64,000 nucleotides of DNA from Candidatus Omnitrophota bacterium (GTDB lineage Bacteria > Omnitrophota > Gorgyraeia > Zapsychrales > Zapsychraceae): positions 1,022,361 to 1,086,360 of the forward strand of contig JBFWOS010000001.1 of assembly GCA_050250375.1 (NCBI GenBank), in the 5' to 3' direction. Both the position numbers and the translations under genes were made by a program. Below the pieces are notes generated by a model. It was not told the DNA's origin and made no database searches. It was given only the letters and a program-made list of their open reading frames with translations. This document shows positions 38,655 to 50,220 of this stretch, piece after piece. Every line of letters begins with the position of its first letter. The first letter of the stretch is position 1.

Positions 38655-40236
38655 AGTTGAAATAACTCCAGATCCGGCGGGCCTGATCGATGTTCAGCAT
38701 AAAGCAGACAATCCCGTAGAACATAAAACCGGCCGCGCCCACCACGGCGATCTTGATCTCTTCAAAAGGAAGGGACACATATTTCCATCCCGCATAAACC
38801 AGGCCGCCGGTCAAAGCAGAAGCGCAGACAATCTTTATAAAGTATCTGAACAATCCGTCAGACATCCCGCCCAGCCGTTTGTTCATGACATAAAACAGGA
38901 TGAGAAAATCTAGCGTCCCGGCCAAACTGCTGGCCAAGGTGATCCCGCCGATCTTTAACGGCCCCATTAAAAGAAAATTTAGTCCGGCATTGACCAGAAG
39001 ACATATGCCGGCCACCTTGACCGGCGTCTTCGTATCCTGCAGTGAATGAAACGCGGTCACCAAAATCTTGATCCCGCCGAAACTGAACAGCCCGAGTGAA
39101 GAAAAGGTCAGCGCGAGCGTCGTGATATCGGTCGAATAACCGCTGAATTCACCCCGCTGAAAAAGGACCCGGATAATCGGTTCGGAAAGAAACAACAGCA
39201 TCACGGTCATCGGACACATAATAAACAAAATGTTCTCCAGGAAAAAAACCAGGGTCTTCCTGATCCCGGGGATGTCGTTTTTGCTGGACATTCCCGACAA
39301 GGTCGGCAACAAAACCGAGGCCATAGCCACCCCGAAAATCCCCATCGGGAACTGGATGATCCGGTTGGCGTAATAAATCGCCGAGATCCCGCCCGCGCCA
39401 ACAATAGAAGACATGGACGCGCAGAACGTATCAATCAGCACCGTTAACTGGTAAACCCCGCTGCCGATCATCCGCGGGATCAATAACTTTCCGATTCTTT
39501 TTGCCCCCGGATGGGATAACGACACCGGACATTTCCAGATAAAACCCAATTTTTTAGTCGCCGGCCATTGAAAAATCAACTGCAGCACCCCTCCGGCCAG
39601 AACCCCGAGAGCCAGTCCGAAAACCGGTTCATTCATGGTCCGGGCAGAAATAAACGCGCTGATAATGACCGCAATATTTAACAGGCAGGGCGTAAAGGCC
39701 GGGACCGTAAACGAACGGAACGTATACAGGATGGCCATGCTGTAGGACGTCAGCCCGATCAGGATCAGATAAGGAAACATCAGTTTGGTCAAGGCCACGG
39801 TCAACGAGACTTTATCCGGATCAGCCATAAACCCGGGGGCGATGACCCGGACAATCCCTTCGGCAAAGATGATCCCCACGATCGTAATGACGCTCAAAAC
39901 AATAAACGCCAGGGCCAGGACGATGCTGACAAAACTCCAAAACCGCTCCTTATCCTCCTTTTGTTTATATTCGGATAAAATAGGAACAATGGCCGCGTTC
40001 GTTGCCCCTTCTCCCACCAGATCCCTGAAAAGGTTGGGGATCTTTAAGGCGACAAAAAACGCATCCGCCCGGAAACCTGTCCCGAGCAGTTTGGCCAGGA
40101 TGATATCCCGGATAAAACCGAGAATTCGGGAACTGAGCGTTCCCAGAGAAATGACCGAAGTCGACCGGATCAGGGAGCGGTGCGAATCAGCCTCACGGGA
40201 CGGCTCTTTCGGCCGGTGGAAATTATCAGTTGACAT
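38632..40236 (-). CDS. murJ: Lipid II flippase MurJ
   Basis: SRILGFIRD, ADAF..A.KIPNLFR.L.GEG, YYANRI.QFP.G, DTKTP. Confidence 0.96.
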   Translation of the reverse strand: MSTDNFHRPKEPSREADSHRSLIRSTSVISLGTLSSRILGFIRDIILAKLLGTGFRADAFFVALKIPNLFRDLVGEGATNAAIVPILSEYKQKEDKERFWSFVSIVLALAFIVLSVITIVGIIFAEGIVRVIAPGFMADPDKVSLTVALTKLMFPYLILIGLTSYSMAILYTFRSFTVPAFTPCLLNIAVIISAFISARTMNEPVFGLALGVLAGGVLQLIFQWPATKKLGFIWKCPVSLSHPGAKRIGKLLIPRMIGSGVYQLTVLIDTFCASMSSIVGAGGISAIYYANRIIQFPMGIFGVAMASVLLPTLSGMSSKNDIPGIRKTLVFFLENILFIMCPMTVMLLFLSEPIIRVLFQRGEFSGYSTDITTLALTFSSLGLFSFGGIKILVTAFHSLQDTKTPVKVAGICLLVNAGLNFLLMGPLKIGGITLASSLAGTLDFLILFYVMNKRLGGMSDGLFRYFIKIVCASALTGGLVYAGWKYVSLPFEEIKIAVVGAAGFMFYGIVCFMLNIDQARRIWSYFNYGFGRKS

Positions 40237-40316
40237 ACTGAACCCTTTTTGTTATATTTATCGCTCACTCACGGTTGAATATGATCTAAGACATTTTATT
40301 AAAAGGAGTTATTGCT

Positions 40317-40583
40317 GTGCCACAACGTTATTCAAGTGTAAAAGAATTAAGAAAAAGCCACAAACGACATATGCATAATTTGGACATCAAGACTGATTTG
40401 AAAAAGACAATCAAAGCCTATATGAGTAAAGTCAATCAGAAAAACAAAGAAGAGGCCCAGACAAGTCTTAAATTGGTCTATAAGAAATTGGATAAAGCAT
40501 CCAAAAGAGGCATTGTTCAGAAAAATACGGCTGCTCGACGAAAATCCCGCTTCACTAAACTGCTAACAAGCATAGCTTCGTAA
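40317..40583 (+). CDS. rpsT: 30S ribosomal protein S20
   Basis: LDKASKRGIVQKNTAARRKSR; GTG start after an AAGGAG SD. Confidence 0.96.
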   Translation: MPQRYSSVKELRKSHKRHMHNLDIKTDLKKTIKAYMSKVNQKNKEEAQTSLKLVYKKLDKASKRGIVQKNTAARRKSRFTKLLTSIAS

Positions 40584-41202
40584 CCAGCACTTCAAGCGCA
40601 TATTCCGGCGGCAGGCGGCTGCGTTTTATGTTTAAATCCGCTTCCTGCAATTCTTTCAGTCCTTTTTGAAAATTATCCGGTGAAATTTTCGTTTTATTCT
40701 TTCCCCAGAACCACACCAAACCGCCCATCAATTGCAGCGGATGGTTCCCTTCATTGAACAAAGACGTTAACATCGCCAGCGCCTCACGCGGATTCCTGGC
40801 CCCGATTGCGTTGGTCATATCAAACACGTTTAACTTTTTTTTCCCGCCGAACGCAAGAACTTTCGCCTTGATTTCAAGTTTGCTCAAGAAACCTTTCTGC
40901 GACGCTTCCGAACAGTCTGCGATCAGGATACAGTAATCACTGGAAGAGTTGGAAAAATCTATCAGTATGTTCTGGTTTTGAGGATTAGCTTTCTGAACCT
41001 GACGGATAAGAACCAGGCGTTGTTTGACGATAACGGGCAGGGTCATGAGGGATTTCTTTAGATCTTCCGGCGTTACTTTCGCGGCATCCAGGATATCGTA
41101 ATCAAACCGCCGGGCGTCAGGATGCGACAAAATCTTGTTTCTCAATTCATCGATCTTTTGTTCCTTGGCCTGATAATCATCACCTTTTAATATGTAGATC
41201 AT
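40555..41202 (-). CDS. holA: DNA polymerase III delta subunit (short form)
   Basis: MIYILKGDD, TLP...QRLVLI, NVFDM..AI, EADLNIK; leuS-lptE-holA-rpsT synteny. Confidence 0.8.
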   Translation of the reverse strand: MIYILKGDDYQAKEQKIDELRNKILSHPDARRFDYDILDAAKVTPEDLKKSLMTLPVIVKQRLVLIRQVQKANPQNQNILIDFSNSSSDYCILIADCSEASQKGFLSKLEIKAKVLAFGGKKKLNVFDMTNAIGARNPREALAMLTSLFNEGNHPLQLMGGLVWFWGKNKTKISPDNFQKGLKELQEADLNIKRSRLPPEYALEVLVTKLCLLAV

Positions 41203-41230
41203 AGGATTAACATCAGGGACAACGCCCTGT

Positions 41231-41761
41231 TTACCAGGCTTCCACGGTGCGCTCGACAATCCGGCGGGCCAAATCTTCAATCGCTTCCCTGACGGCCGAT
41301 TCTTCCGATGAGGATTGCGGCCCGGAGACAAAATACGTCGCTTCACCGACAAACGATTCTTCGGTCCACATCAATTCCTGGGTGTCGTTGTTGTACAGTT
41401 CCAGCCGGACCGTAATATAAACCCGATATTCTTCAACGTCGTCGTTGTCGGTAAAACGCAGGCCGATCCTGCGGTAACTCAGCAGTTCGCCTTTGAGGAA
41501 AAGATCCGCCGAGTCTTCCCCTCCGATCTTCAGATTCCCGTCAAACAGGAACCTGTCCGTGATCGCGTTATGCACATTGACTTCCAGCAGCGGAAGATAC
41601 AAGTTCCGCCTGGCTTCATTTGTAAAATCAATCTTGTTGATAAATTTATCAACGTAGATCGTATGGATATGCTCCGGCAGGGTTGAACTGGTGGTATACC
41701 CGCACCCGAAGAGATAAAGGCAGCCGATGACGGCCAAGGTTAAACGCTGGATAGCTTTCAT
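41231..41761 (-). CDS. lptE: LptE family LPS assembly lipoprotein
   Basis: Lipobox LFGCGY, LP.HIHTIYV, EDLARRIV. Confidence 0.8.
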   Translation of the reverse strand: MKAIQRLTLAVIGCLYLFGCGYTTSSTLPEHIHTIYVDKFINKIDFTNEARRNLYLPLLEVNVHNAITDRFLFDGNLKIGGEDSADLFLKGELLSYRRIGLRFTDNDDVEEYRVYITVRLELYNNDTQELMWTEESFVGEATYFVSGPQSSSEESAVREAIEDLARRIVERTVEAW

Positions 41762-42753
41762 TATTTTTTATTGATCAGTTCGCGGATCTTGTTTAATGAT
41801 TTCGATGACCACGGTGAATTCGGATATTCATCCACCACGATCTGGTAGTATAGTTTGGCCGATTGATACTGTTTTTGTTTTTCATAAAACTGGGCGATCA
41901 CAAAATTGTTTTCGGCCTCCTTGTTGCGCAGCTTCTGGATCTCGGCCTTGGCATTTTCGGACAGCTCCGCGTCCGGATAAATCTCAACGAACTCTTTAAA
42001 TTCTTCAACCGCGGATTGTGTGACCTTCTGGTCATACTCGGCCCGGGTCGAACGTTTAGAGTCAGAAACCGCGATCTGGTACTGGGCCGGTTTGACCCAC
42101 TCACTGTTGGGGTAATCGTTGATCACCTTTTCAAATTCATCGCGTGCTTCCGGATAAAGCTGTTTTTCCTGGAGATAAAGGCCGATCTTGTATTGAGACA
42201 CAGCCGCCAGCGGCCCATAGGGAGCATTTTTGATTACGGCCCGGAACACTTCAATGACATTATAGTCTGTTCCGGTCAGGGCATCGCGGATCTTGCCCTT
42301 GTTCCGTTCCCCGTCCAAAAGTTTCCCGCCGATATCATACTGTCTTTGGACCACTTCCGAGGAACGTTCGCTGAACGGATAACGATCGACCACCTTTTGA
42401 TATTCCTTATGCGCCCCGAACAGGTTTCCCTGATCTTCCAGGATCTTCGCGATATAAAATTGGGCATCAGGGGCTTCGACGGAACGCGGATAATGCTTGA
42501 GGAGTTTGTTAAATTCGTTGGACGCGTCTTTATATTCCTTAGCGTCATAGGCCTCCATGGCCACATCAAACTGTTCTTTAGGGGTATCTTTGACAGCGAA
42601 TTTCGGGTTGACCCATTTGTTGGTTTCCGGGGTCCATACCCAGAAAGCCATCGACGTCCCAACGCCCGAGAATATGAATATTATTAAAAATAATAGTCTT
42701 GTTATAAGTCGAAACATAAAGCCAAATTTAGCACAGCCGTCTGTTTTTGTCAA
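41761..42753 (-). CDS. bamD: Outer membrane protein assembly factor BamD-like TPR protein
   Basis: Repeated ..YP.S TPR units; YDQKVT..A...F; IAQFYEK. Confidence 0.75.
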   Translation of the reverse strand: MTKTDGCAKFGFMFRLITRLLFLIIFIFSGVGTSMAFWVWTPETNKWVNPKFAVKDTPKEQFDVAMEAYDAKEYKDASNEFNKLLKHYPRSVEAPDAQFYIAKILEDQGNLFGAHKEYQKVVDRYPFSERSSEVVQRQYDIGGKLLDGERNKGKIRDALTGTDYNVIEVFRAVIKNAPYGPLAAVSQYKIGLYLQEKQLYPEARDEFEKVINDYPNSEWVKPAQYQIAVSDSKRSTRAEYDQKVTQSAVEEFKEFVEIYPDAELSENAKAEIQKLRNKEAENNFVIAQFYEKQKQYQSAKLYYQIVVDEYPNSPWSSKSLNKIRELINKK

Positions 42754-42840
42754 TTCCTGTGCCGGGGTAGGAGGTTAATCAAATTTGTAGCTATTATACC
42801 CCAAGGACAAAAATAAATCATGTTTTAAATTAAGAATTCA

Positions 42841-44430
42841 TTAAGTCTTTCGCCCCAGATGAAAAACGGACCAAGCCAATCCGGTCAACCCATAATAAAG
42901 AAAAACGGCCCACAGGGGAAACGCCTTCCATTCAAAATAAGCCCCCGGAATCCAGGTAAAAAAAACGACCATGGCCACCATCAAATTGAGCAAAACGGTA
43001 ATACAGCTGGCAAATGTGAACGCGATCACAGGACAAATAATCCCCGTGATCAAAAGCCCCATCCCGAAATAAATGAGAAGGGACGAGATCGGGACAATGA
43101 CCAGATTCGCCAGCACAACAACCGGCGTGACAAACTGAAAATAATAAACAACCAGCGGGAACACCCCCAGGTACGCCACCAGCGAAAACGCGGTCGATTG
43201 TAATAAATACCGGACAGCCTTGTGTTTGAACGTGTTTTTACCCTGGCCTTCCCTGAACGCCGGAAAAATTTTATAAAAGACCTGCATCAGCCTTGGATAA
43301 AAAAGGATAATCGCCAGGACACTGATGAACGACAGTTGAAATCCCGCATCAAAGAGGTTCAGCGGGTTCATCAATAAAAGGATCAGAGCGGCCAGGGACA
43401 ACGTATTGATTGATTCCTGGTCCCGTTCGACTAAAAAACTGGCCAGAAAAACGACCGCCATGATCGTCGCCCGGACAACCGGCGGCTGCCCTCCGGTGAG
43501 AAACGCGTAAAAAACAAGGAATGCCATTGTCAGAATATACTGCGCCTGCCGCGGGATCGGAAACATCTTGAGGATCAAAAAAATCATATAAGCCACAATA
43601 CCCACATTAAACCCGGAAATGGCGATGATGTGCGCGACCCCGGACAGCTTGCACAGATCATAAAAATATTTTGGGATATCATACCGGTCTCCCAGCAAAA
43701 AGGCCTGCATGATCCCGGCCTCATGTTTGAAAAGATACGTTCGAATAATCTTAATCAGCCGGTGTTTGAACCGGAATGACCATTCGCCGATCCAATGACC
43801 CTGATTGCGGCGCAACAACTCGGTCCGTCCGGATTTCTTTACACTCAGAATATATGTGATCCCCCTTCGATAAAGATAATCCCGGTAAGAAAAAAGCCCG
43901 CCTTCTGAAAAATTAAACGGCCGGTGTAATTTTCCTTCGATTAATAAATAATCACCATACTGAATGTCTTCGTCCCTGAACAGGTTAACCAGGACAGGCC
44001 CGGACTTTTCTTTCCAGCCCCATTTTGTTTTGATGCGTTTAACCTTGAGCGTAAAGACCGTTTTTCTTCCTTTAAAGAACTTGCGCGGTTCGACATCGGA
44101 CACAACCAGCCCTTCGACGGCCACAGGTTCTTTTCGGTACCCGTATGCAATCTGACTGATATGATCGGACGGGAACGTTTCGTAATTCTGCCGGTACATT
44201 GAACCGATCACTCCAAATGTCATCAGCAATAAAACGACGGATATCTTTTTTTGTCGGGACATGAACCATCCCAGGAACAACAAAACGACGGCCCCCCCGA
44301 ACAGGATGAAAAACGGAATCTTGATATATGGAGACAATATAATTCCAAAGATAAAACAAAGACAAACCCACAAAGCCGGCCGGTGGGTGTAACCTTTCCC
44401 CGGGGATGAAGAATCGAATATCTCCATCAT
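42841..44430 (-). CDS. comEC: ComEC/Rec2 competence protein (no MBL domain)
   Basis: OB/DUF4131 region, LLGDR, GVAHIIAISGFNV, VVRATIMA, GFQLSF. Confidence 0.9.
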   Translation of the reverse strand: MMEIFDSSSPGKGYTHRPALWVCLCFIFGIILSPYIKIPFFILFGGAVVLLFLGWFMSRQKKISVVLLLMTFGVIGSMYRQNYETFPSDHISQIAYGYRKEPVAVEGLVVSDVEPRKFFKGRKTVFTLKVKRIKTKWGWKEKSGPVLVNLFRDEDIQYGDYLLIEGKLHRPFNFSEGGLFSYRDYLYRRGITYILSVKKSGRTELLRRNQGHWIGEWSFRFKHRLIKIIRTYLFKHEAGIMQAFLLGDRYDIPKYFYDLCKLSGVAHIIAISGFNVGIVAYMIFLILKMFPIPRQAQYILTMAFLVFYAFLTGGQPPVVRATIMAVVFLASFLVERDQESINTLSLAALILLLMNPLNLFDAGFQLSFISVLAIILFYPRLMQVFYKIFPAFREGQGKNTFKHKAVRYLLQSTAFSLVAYLGVFPLVVYYFQFVTPVVVLANLVIVPISSLLIYFGMGLLITGIICPVIAFTFASCITVLLNLMVAMVVFFTWIPGAYFEWKAFPLWAVFLYYGLTGLAWSVFHLGRKT

Positions 44431-44771
44431 CGGACACCCGCCTTTAAAAACGGCGAAAACCGTTTGAAATTATTTTCACGGATTCCCCTGATCCGTTTTA
44501 ACTGGTCGAGTGTTTCAAAATGGCCGTGCGTTTGACGATACTCAAGGATGGCCGCAGCGGTGTAATCGCCGATGTAAGGAACACTCTTTAACTCTTCTTT
44601 ATCCGCGGTATTGATGTCAATCTTATGAGGGACATATCCTGTCTCCAGGCGGTCGGTAAAATTAATCAGGCGGGGATATTTCTTGATGATCACATGAAAG
44701 GCCGAACCGAAACATAACACGGCCGCGAAAACAGCCAGCACACTGGCTTCATTCTTTGTCAGATTTAACAT
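44427..44771 (-). CDS. comEA: ComEA-like HhH DNA-binding protein
   Basis: IDINTADKEELKSVPYIG...ILEYR...G.F..LDQL..IRGI. Confidence 0.88.
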   Translation of the reverse strand: MLNLTKNEASVLAVFAAVLCFGSAFHVIIKKYPRLINFTDRLETGYVPHKIDINTADKEELKSVPYIGDYTAAAILEYRQTHGHFETLDQLKRIRGIRENNFKRFSPFLKAGVR

Positions 44772-44813
44772 GTGTTTCCCGACGGGAAACCGAGTGAGGG
44801 GCGGGGGAGCCGG

Positions 44814-47294
44814 TTAAATAACGATGTTGGCTAATTTGCCTGGGATATATACAAACCGTTTGATTTCTTTTCCTTCAAGGTAAGTCTTGATCTTGTCATC
44901 GGACACGATCAGCGCCTTCAGGTCTCCGTCAGTGATATCAGAAGCGACCTGGAAACGTCCTCTTAACTTTCCATTGATCTGTACGATGACCTGGATCTCA
45001 TCCTGTACCAGCGCGGATTCATCACACACCGGCCACTGCGTTTGAACGACACAGCCGGATTGCCCCAGCTTTTCCCACAGCTCTTCGCACATGTGCGGCG
45101 CAATCGGCGCTAACAAAAGCACCACGGTCCGGGCGATGTGGTTTAACAAGGCCTGTTTATTGGTCTGACCTTCCGCGGGAAGATATTTATCCAGGCTGTT
45201 CATCAGGATCATCAGACTGCTGATCGCGGTATTAAATTTGTAACTCTGGAAATCTTCCGTGACTTTTTTGACAGACACATTCAGTTCCCGGTAAATGTCC
45301 CGGTCCTCTTTGTCAAAATCTTTCACCTGCATGGAACCATTAACCGGCTGGACGCGTTTTTCCACCAGGTTCCAGATCCGGGTCAGGAATTTCCAGGAGC
45401 CTTCAATGGCCTGGTCGTTCCACTCCAGCTGATCTTCCGGCGGCGCGGCGAACAGGATAAACACCCGCATGGAATCCGAACCGTATTTCTTGACGATGGC
45501 GTCCGGATCAACGACATTGCCTTTGGATTTGGACATAACCTCCCCGTGCAAAAGGACCATGCCCTGGGTCAATAAACGGTAGAACGGTTCTTCGGTGTTG
45601 ACCAGCCCGATACTTTTAAAAAATTTGGTAAAAAACCGCGAATACAACAAATGCAGGATCGCGTGTTCAATCCCGCCGATATACTGGTCGACCGGCAGCC
45701 AGTAATTCGCCTTCTCTTTATTAAAGATCTCGTTCTTGTTCTTCGCGTCCGTGTAACGGATGTAATACCAGCTCGAATCAAAAAACGTGTCCATCGTATC
45801 CGTTTCCCGGCGGTATTTCTTTCCCGTCCTGGGATCTGTATAAAACTTGAAGTCTTCTGATGTCTCGAGCGGATTGCCTTTGCCGAATTCAATATCATCC
45901 GGAAGCGTGACCGGTAATTGATCTTCAGGAATCGGTACCGGATTCCCATGGTCATCATAATACATCGGGATCGGGGTCCCCCAATACCGCTGACGGGAGA
46001 TCAGCCAGTCTTTCAGCCGGAAAGTGATGGTCCTTTTGCCGGTTCCCTGCTGTTCCATCCATTCAGAAATCTTCGTGATCGCTTCGGTGCTGGTGATCCC
46101 GTCGAATTGAGATGAATTCACCATGACGCCCGGCTCCACAAACGCTTCGTTCATCTCTTCGGCTTTAAGATCATTCACATTCTCCGGCCGGATCACGACT
46201 GAAATAGGAAGATTATATTTTTTAGCAAATAGAAAATCACGCTGGTCGTGCGCAGGGACCGCCATGACAGCTCCGGTCCCGTAATCCATCAGCACATAAT
46301 CCGCCGCCCACAAGGGAACGGTTTTTCCGTTGACCGGATTCCTGGCGAATACGCCCAGTGAGCGGCCTGTTTTTTCCCGGCCTTCCCCCATGCGTTCAAC
46401 CATTGATTCCTTCTCAGTGCTCGCGATATATTTCAGGACGTCCTGTTCATTCGGCTGGCCTTTGATCCACTCCCGGCATTTGGGATGTTCCGGCGCCAGC
46501 ACCAGGTATTCAATCCCGAACACCGTATCCGGCCGGGTGGTGAATGTCTCGATCTCATCGATTTTCTTTCCGTGAGAATCAACGATATCAAACCGGATCG
46601 TGGTCCCGTGGCTCTTGCCGATCCAGTTTCTCTGCATCGACTTGACCCGTTCCGGCCAATAGTCCAGTTTGTCTAAATCCGCCAGCAGTTCTTCCGCGAA
46701 CGCGGTGATCCTGATGAACCACTGTTCGATCTCTTTTTTCTCGACCTCAGCGCCCGACCGCCAGCCCTTGCCGTCGATGACCTGTTCATTCGCCAGAACG
46801 GTATTGTCCACCGGGTCCCAGTTGACCAGCGATTTCTTTTTATAGACCAGGCCTTTTTTGTACAGCTGGATAAAAACCCACTGGTTCCAGCGGTAATAGT
46901 CCGGATCGTGGCTGTACAAAAACCTCGACCAGTCATAACTCATGCCGAGCATCTTCATCTGTTCGACCATGTCGTTCATGCGCAGGTCGGTCCAGCGGCG
47001 CGGGTGATCGTTATTCTTGATCGCGGCGTTTTCCGCCGGCAGCCCGAACGAATCAAAACCCATCGGATAAAGCACATTATAACCCTGCATACGGCGGAAA
47101 CGCGCGAGCACATCACCGATCGTATAGTTGCGCACATGGCCCATATGCAGTTTTCCCGAGGGGTACGGATACATCTCCAGGACATAAAATTTCTTTTTGG
47201 ACAAGTCAGAGCCGGCCTCAAAGACTTTATGGTCTCTCCAGTATTGCTGCCACTTCTCTTCTAATTTCCTGATCTCGTGAATGACGTAAGGCAT
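44814..47294 (-). CDS. leuS: Leucine--tRNA ligase
   Basis: [39 protein letters not shown]. Confidence 0.99.
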   Translation of the reverse strand: MPYVIHEIRKLEEKWQQYWRDHKVFEAGSDLSKKKFYVLEMYPYPSGKLHMGHVRNYTIGDVLARFRRMQGYNVLYPMGFDSFGLPAENAAIKNNDHPRRWTDLRMNDMVEQMKMLGMSYDWSRFLYSHDPDYYRWNQWVFIQLYKKGLVYKKKSLVNWDPVDNTVLANEQVIDGKGWRSGAEVEKKEIEQWFIRITAFAEELLADLDKLDYWPERVKSMQRNWIGKSHGTTIRFDIVDSHGKKIDEIETFTTRPDTVFGIEYLVLAPEHPKCREWIKGQPNEQDVLKYIASTEKESMVERMGEGREKTGRSLGVFARNPVNGKTVPLWAADYVLMDYGTGAVMAVPAHDQRDFLFAKKYNLPISVVIRPENVNDLKAEEMNEAFVEPGVMVNSSQFDGITSTEAITKISEWMEQQGTGKRTITFRLKDWLISRQRYWGTPIPMYYDDHGNPVPIPEDQLPVTLPDDIEFGKGNPLETSEDFKFYTDPRTGKKYRRETDTMDTFFDSSWYYIRYTDAKNKNEIFNKEKANYWLPVDQYIGGIEHAILHLLYSRFFTKFFKSIGLVNTEEPFYRLLTQGMVLLHGEVMSKSKGNVVDPDAIVKKYGSDSMRVFILFAAPPEDQLEWNDQAIEGSWKFLTRIWNLVEKRVQPVNGSMQVKDFDKEDRDIYRELNVSVKKVTEDFQSYKFNTAISSLMILMNSLDKYLPAEGQTNKQALLNHIARTVVLLLAPIAPHMCEELWEKLGQSGCVVQTQWPVCDESALVQDEIQVIVQINGKLRGRFQVASDITDGDLKALIVSDDKIKTYLEGKEIKRFVYIPGKLANIVI

Positions 47295-47395
47295 AATGAT
47301 AAATTTAATATGTTTGATACAAACAATTGAATACTTTTTATACTACAAAACCTCTCAAAAAGCTATTTTTTTATATCCAGGAAGTGGTCATGTGA

Positions 47396-47539
47396 ATTTA
47401 TGCCCGCGGGCATAAATCTCGAAGAAAATGAACCGGTCGCAAATTGCGTCCGCGCGGTCGCAATTGGGGGTTCAGGTGTCGATCACTTTTGACAATTGTC
47501 GGCCCGGGCCAACAATTGGTGCCGGCCGGCACCAATTGT
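47396..47539. repeat. Cluster of four 22-28 bp palindromes
   Basis: atttatgcccgcgggcataaat; aattgcgtccgcgcggtcgcaatt; caattgtcggcccgggccaacaattg; acaattggtgccggccggcaccaattgt. Confidence 0.75.
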
Positions 47540-47583
47540 AGCATAAAACGAAAAAGTGACTGGGATTGACATCAAATAAAAAA

Positions 47584-47657
47584 TCGGGGAGGCGGGATTT
47601 GAACCCGCGACCTCAACGTCCCGAACGTTGCACGCTAGCCAACTGCGCTACTCCCCG
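47584..47657 (-). tRNA. tRNA-Pro (CGG), CCA not encoded
   Basis: cggggagtagcgcagttggctagcgtgcaacgttCGGgacgttgaggtcgcgggttcaaatcccgcctccccga. Confidence 0.95.
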
Positions 47658-47670
47658 TAAAGGAATGATC

Positions 47671-47868
47671 TTAGTGGACAAACAGCATCACGAGCGCCAC
47701 TGCCAGGACCGCGCCCAGGATATACCAGCCGATCCGGTTTGATCCATACCTAAGATTACTGATGAACCCTTTCCCGACACGGTCCAGGGATTCGCCGCAA
47801 AAATGGCAGGACAGCGCGTCTTCATCATAAATTGGATTTTGGCAATGGGGGCAAATATACTCGTTCAA
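47671..47868 (-). CDS. Small zinc-ribbon membrane protein
   Basis: CPHC...CHFC plus a C-terminal TM. Confidence 0.7.
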   Translation of the reverse strand: MNEYICPHCQNPIYDEDALSCHFCGESLDRVGKGFISNLRYGSNRIGWYILGAVLAVALVMLFVH

Positions 47869-47985
47869 AGCAAGATATTATGCCATTGGATTGCCTGTCC
47901 GTCAAAAAAAATGTTTTCTGTTCACAGACTGTCCGCGTTTTAGAATTATTTGATTTTTAAAGTGATTTGGTCTAAGATGATGTCC

Positions 47986-48186
47986 ATGAACATCAGGATC
48001 AACGGGTCGGAACGGACGTTTACCGGGACTAAAAACCTTAACGAAATCATCCTTCAGTTTCGCAAGGACAACCGGCGGGTTATCGCTGAATTAAACGGTG
48101 AAATCATTAAAAGCCCCCGTTGGGAAGAAATTGTCATGAAAGACGGGGACACGCTGGAACTTGTCACATTTGTCGGGGGCGGATAA
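47986..48186 (+). CDS. thiS: Sulfur carrier protein ThiS
   Basis: MNIRING...AELNGEI...D.LELVTFVGGG with a C-terminal GG. Confidence 0.93.
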   Translation: MNIRINGSERTFTGTKNLNEIILQFRKDNRRVIAELNGEIIKSPRWEEIVMKDGDTLELVTFVGGG

Positions 48187-48268
48187 CCAAACGCCTTCTC
48201 CCTCTCTATGTGATCCACTGGCCGGGAGAACGTCCCCGGAACAATCAACTTAATTAAAGACGACATAG

Positions 48269-49093
48269 ATGAACGATAAAACCATCACTCCCATCGGCCA
48301 ACAGCCAACCAGCCTCACTCACGATACACCTTTGGTGATCGCGGGCAAGACGTTTACCAACCGTTTTTTTCTGGGCACGGGCAAATTTAAAAATAAAACT
48401 GATCTGGCCGAAAGCATTAAAGAAAGCGGCTCGCAGATCGTCACCGTGGCCCTGCGGCGCATTGACCTAGAACGGCATGAAGACAATATTCTCGAATATA
48501 TTCCCGAAGGGGTCACGCTTTTGACCAACACCTCCGGGGCGCGTAACGCCGCCGAAGCGGTACGCATTGCGCGTCTCGCCGAATCTTCGGGCTGCGGGAA
48601 GTGGGTCAAGATCGAGGTCATCAACGATTCCAAATACCTGCTTCCGGATAATCAGGAAACGATCAAAGCGACGGAGATCCTGGCCGCCGAAGGTTTTGTT
48701 GTCCTGCCTTATGTCACGCCGGATCTGTATGTCGCGCGCGCGCTGGTCAAGGCCGGGGCCGCGACCGTCATGCCGCTGGGTTCTTTGATCGGCAGCAATC
48801 AGGGATTGAAGACCGAAGAAATGATCCGCATCCTGGTGGATGAAATCGACCTGCCGATTGTGGTTGATGCCGGGATCGGCGCGCCGTCACAGGCCGCGCA
48901 GGCGATGGAACTCGGGGCTGATGCGGTGTTAGTCAACACCGCTGTGGCTACCGCAGGAAATCCGGCCGGTTTAGCCAAGGCCTTCTCCCTGGCCGTCGAA
49001 GCCGGACGGCTGGCGTATTGCAGCCGTTTACCTCTCAAAAAAAATACCGCTGAAACCTCGTCTCCTTTGACGGGATTTCTTTACGACTCATGA
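48269..49093 (+). CDS. thiG: Thiazole synthase
   Basis: LGTGK, TVALRR, NTSGA, VKIEV, MPLGS.IGS..G, VDAGIG.PS. Confidence 0.97.
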   Translation: MNDKTITPIGQQPTSLTHDTPLVIAGKTFTNRFFLGTGKFKNKTDLAESIKESGSQIVTVALRRIDLERHEDNILEYIPEGVTLLTNTSGARNAAEAVRIARLAESSGCGKWVKIEVINDSKYLLPDNQETIKATEILAAEGFVVLPYVTPDLYVARALVKAGAATVMPLGSLIGSNQGLKTEEMIRILVDEIDLPIVVDAGIGAPSQAAQAMELGADAVLVNTAVATAGNPAGLAKAFSLAVEAGRLAYCSRLPLKKNTAETSSPLTGFLYDS

Positions 49094-50115
49094 TCACCTT
49101 AGATTACATTCAGTCAATCCTCAACGAAGACCGGCGGGACAAGATTGAAGAACTCGCGGTTCAGTCGAAAAAAATCACCGAACAATATTTTGGACGCACG
49201 ATCACGCTTTACGCGCCGCTCTATTTATCCAACTATTGTTCGAGTCACTGCACGTACTGCGGATTTCACAGCAAGAACCGCATCCGGCGGTTCAAACTGA
49301 ACGTTGAACAGATGCGCCAAGAAATGTCTTTTGTCGCCGGACAAGGCATTGAAAATATCCTGATGCTGACCGGCGAGTCTTATTCCGTCACCCCTTTGTC
49401 TTATTTAAAAGAAGCCGTTATGGTCGCCCGGGATTATTTCCCTAATATAGCGCTTGAAGTCCATCCGATGGAAGAAGACCAATACCGCGAACTGTTCTCC
49501 TCAGGAGTTGACGGGATCACCGTCTACCAGGAAACATACGACCGGCCCATTTATAAAAAGGTCCACCTGTCAGGGATCAAATCTGATTATGACTTCCGCT
49601 ATCATGCCCCGGCCCGGGCCGCTGCCGGCGGTATCCGTACCATTTCCATGGGTATCCTGCTGGGGTTGTCGGAAGTGAATGCCGATCTGCTTGCTCTTTA
49701 TCAGCATTTGCAATGGATGGAAAAAAAATTTCCGGGCGTGGAATACAGCCTGTCCTTTCCGCGGCTGCAACCGGTTAAAGAGATCAACTTCGCGCAGTCG
49801 AACATTGATGATAAAATGTTCCTGAAAATCATCTGCCTGACCAGAATTTTGTTTCCCCGGGTCGGCATAAATTTATCCACGCGTGAACGTCCGCAATTAA
49901 GGGACCACCTTCTGGAACTGGGCATCACACGCATGTCCGCCGGATCAAATACCTCCGTTGGCGGTTACACCCTGGTCTCTGAACAGGAACAGGACCCGCA
50001 ATTTGACATTGAAGACTCGCGCAGTGTTAAACAAATTGTAGAACTTCTGAAGAATAACGATTTTGACCCTGTCTTCACCGACTGGAGAAGGATTGCGCAG
50101 GAACCCGCCAATTAA
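49090..50115 (+). CDS. thiH: 2-iminoacetate synthase (radical SAM)
   Basis: [43 protein letters not shown]. Confidence 0.93.
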   Translation: MITLDYIQSILNEDRRDKIEELAVQSKKITEQYFGRTITLYAPLYLSNYCSSHCTYCGFHSKNRIRRFKLNVEQMRQEMSFVAGQGIENILMLTGESYSVTPLSYLKEAVMVARDYFPNIALEVHPMEEDQYRELFSSGVDGITVYQETYDRPIYKKVHLSGIKSDYDFRYHAPARAAAGGIRTISMGILLGLSEVNADLLALYQHLQWMEKKFPGVEYSLSFPRLQPVKEINFAQSNIDDKMFLKIICLTRILFPRVGINLSTRERPQLRDHLLELGITRMSAGSNTSVGGYTLVSEQEQDPQFDIEDSRSVKQIVELLKNNDFDPVFTDWRRIAQEPAN

Positions 50116-50220
50116 CCCTGATAAAATCAAAATTACTTTATTGTGGATGGAACACGGAATTGCCCGGCGCAGCAATAATGACCGAAATTCCCCTTGATTG
50201 GACTTGTCAAATAAATGCGG

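Noticed and set aside
47870-48268. TPP riboswitch for thiSGH
   Set aside because: No GCTGAGA or CCTGAT...AGGGA core seen upstream of thiS or thiG.
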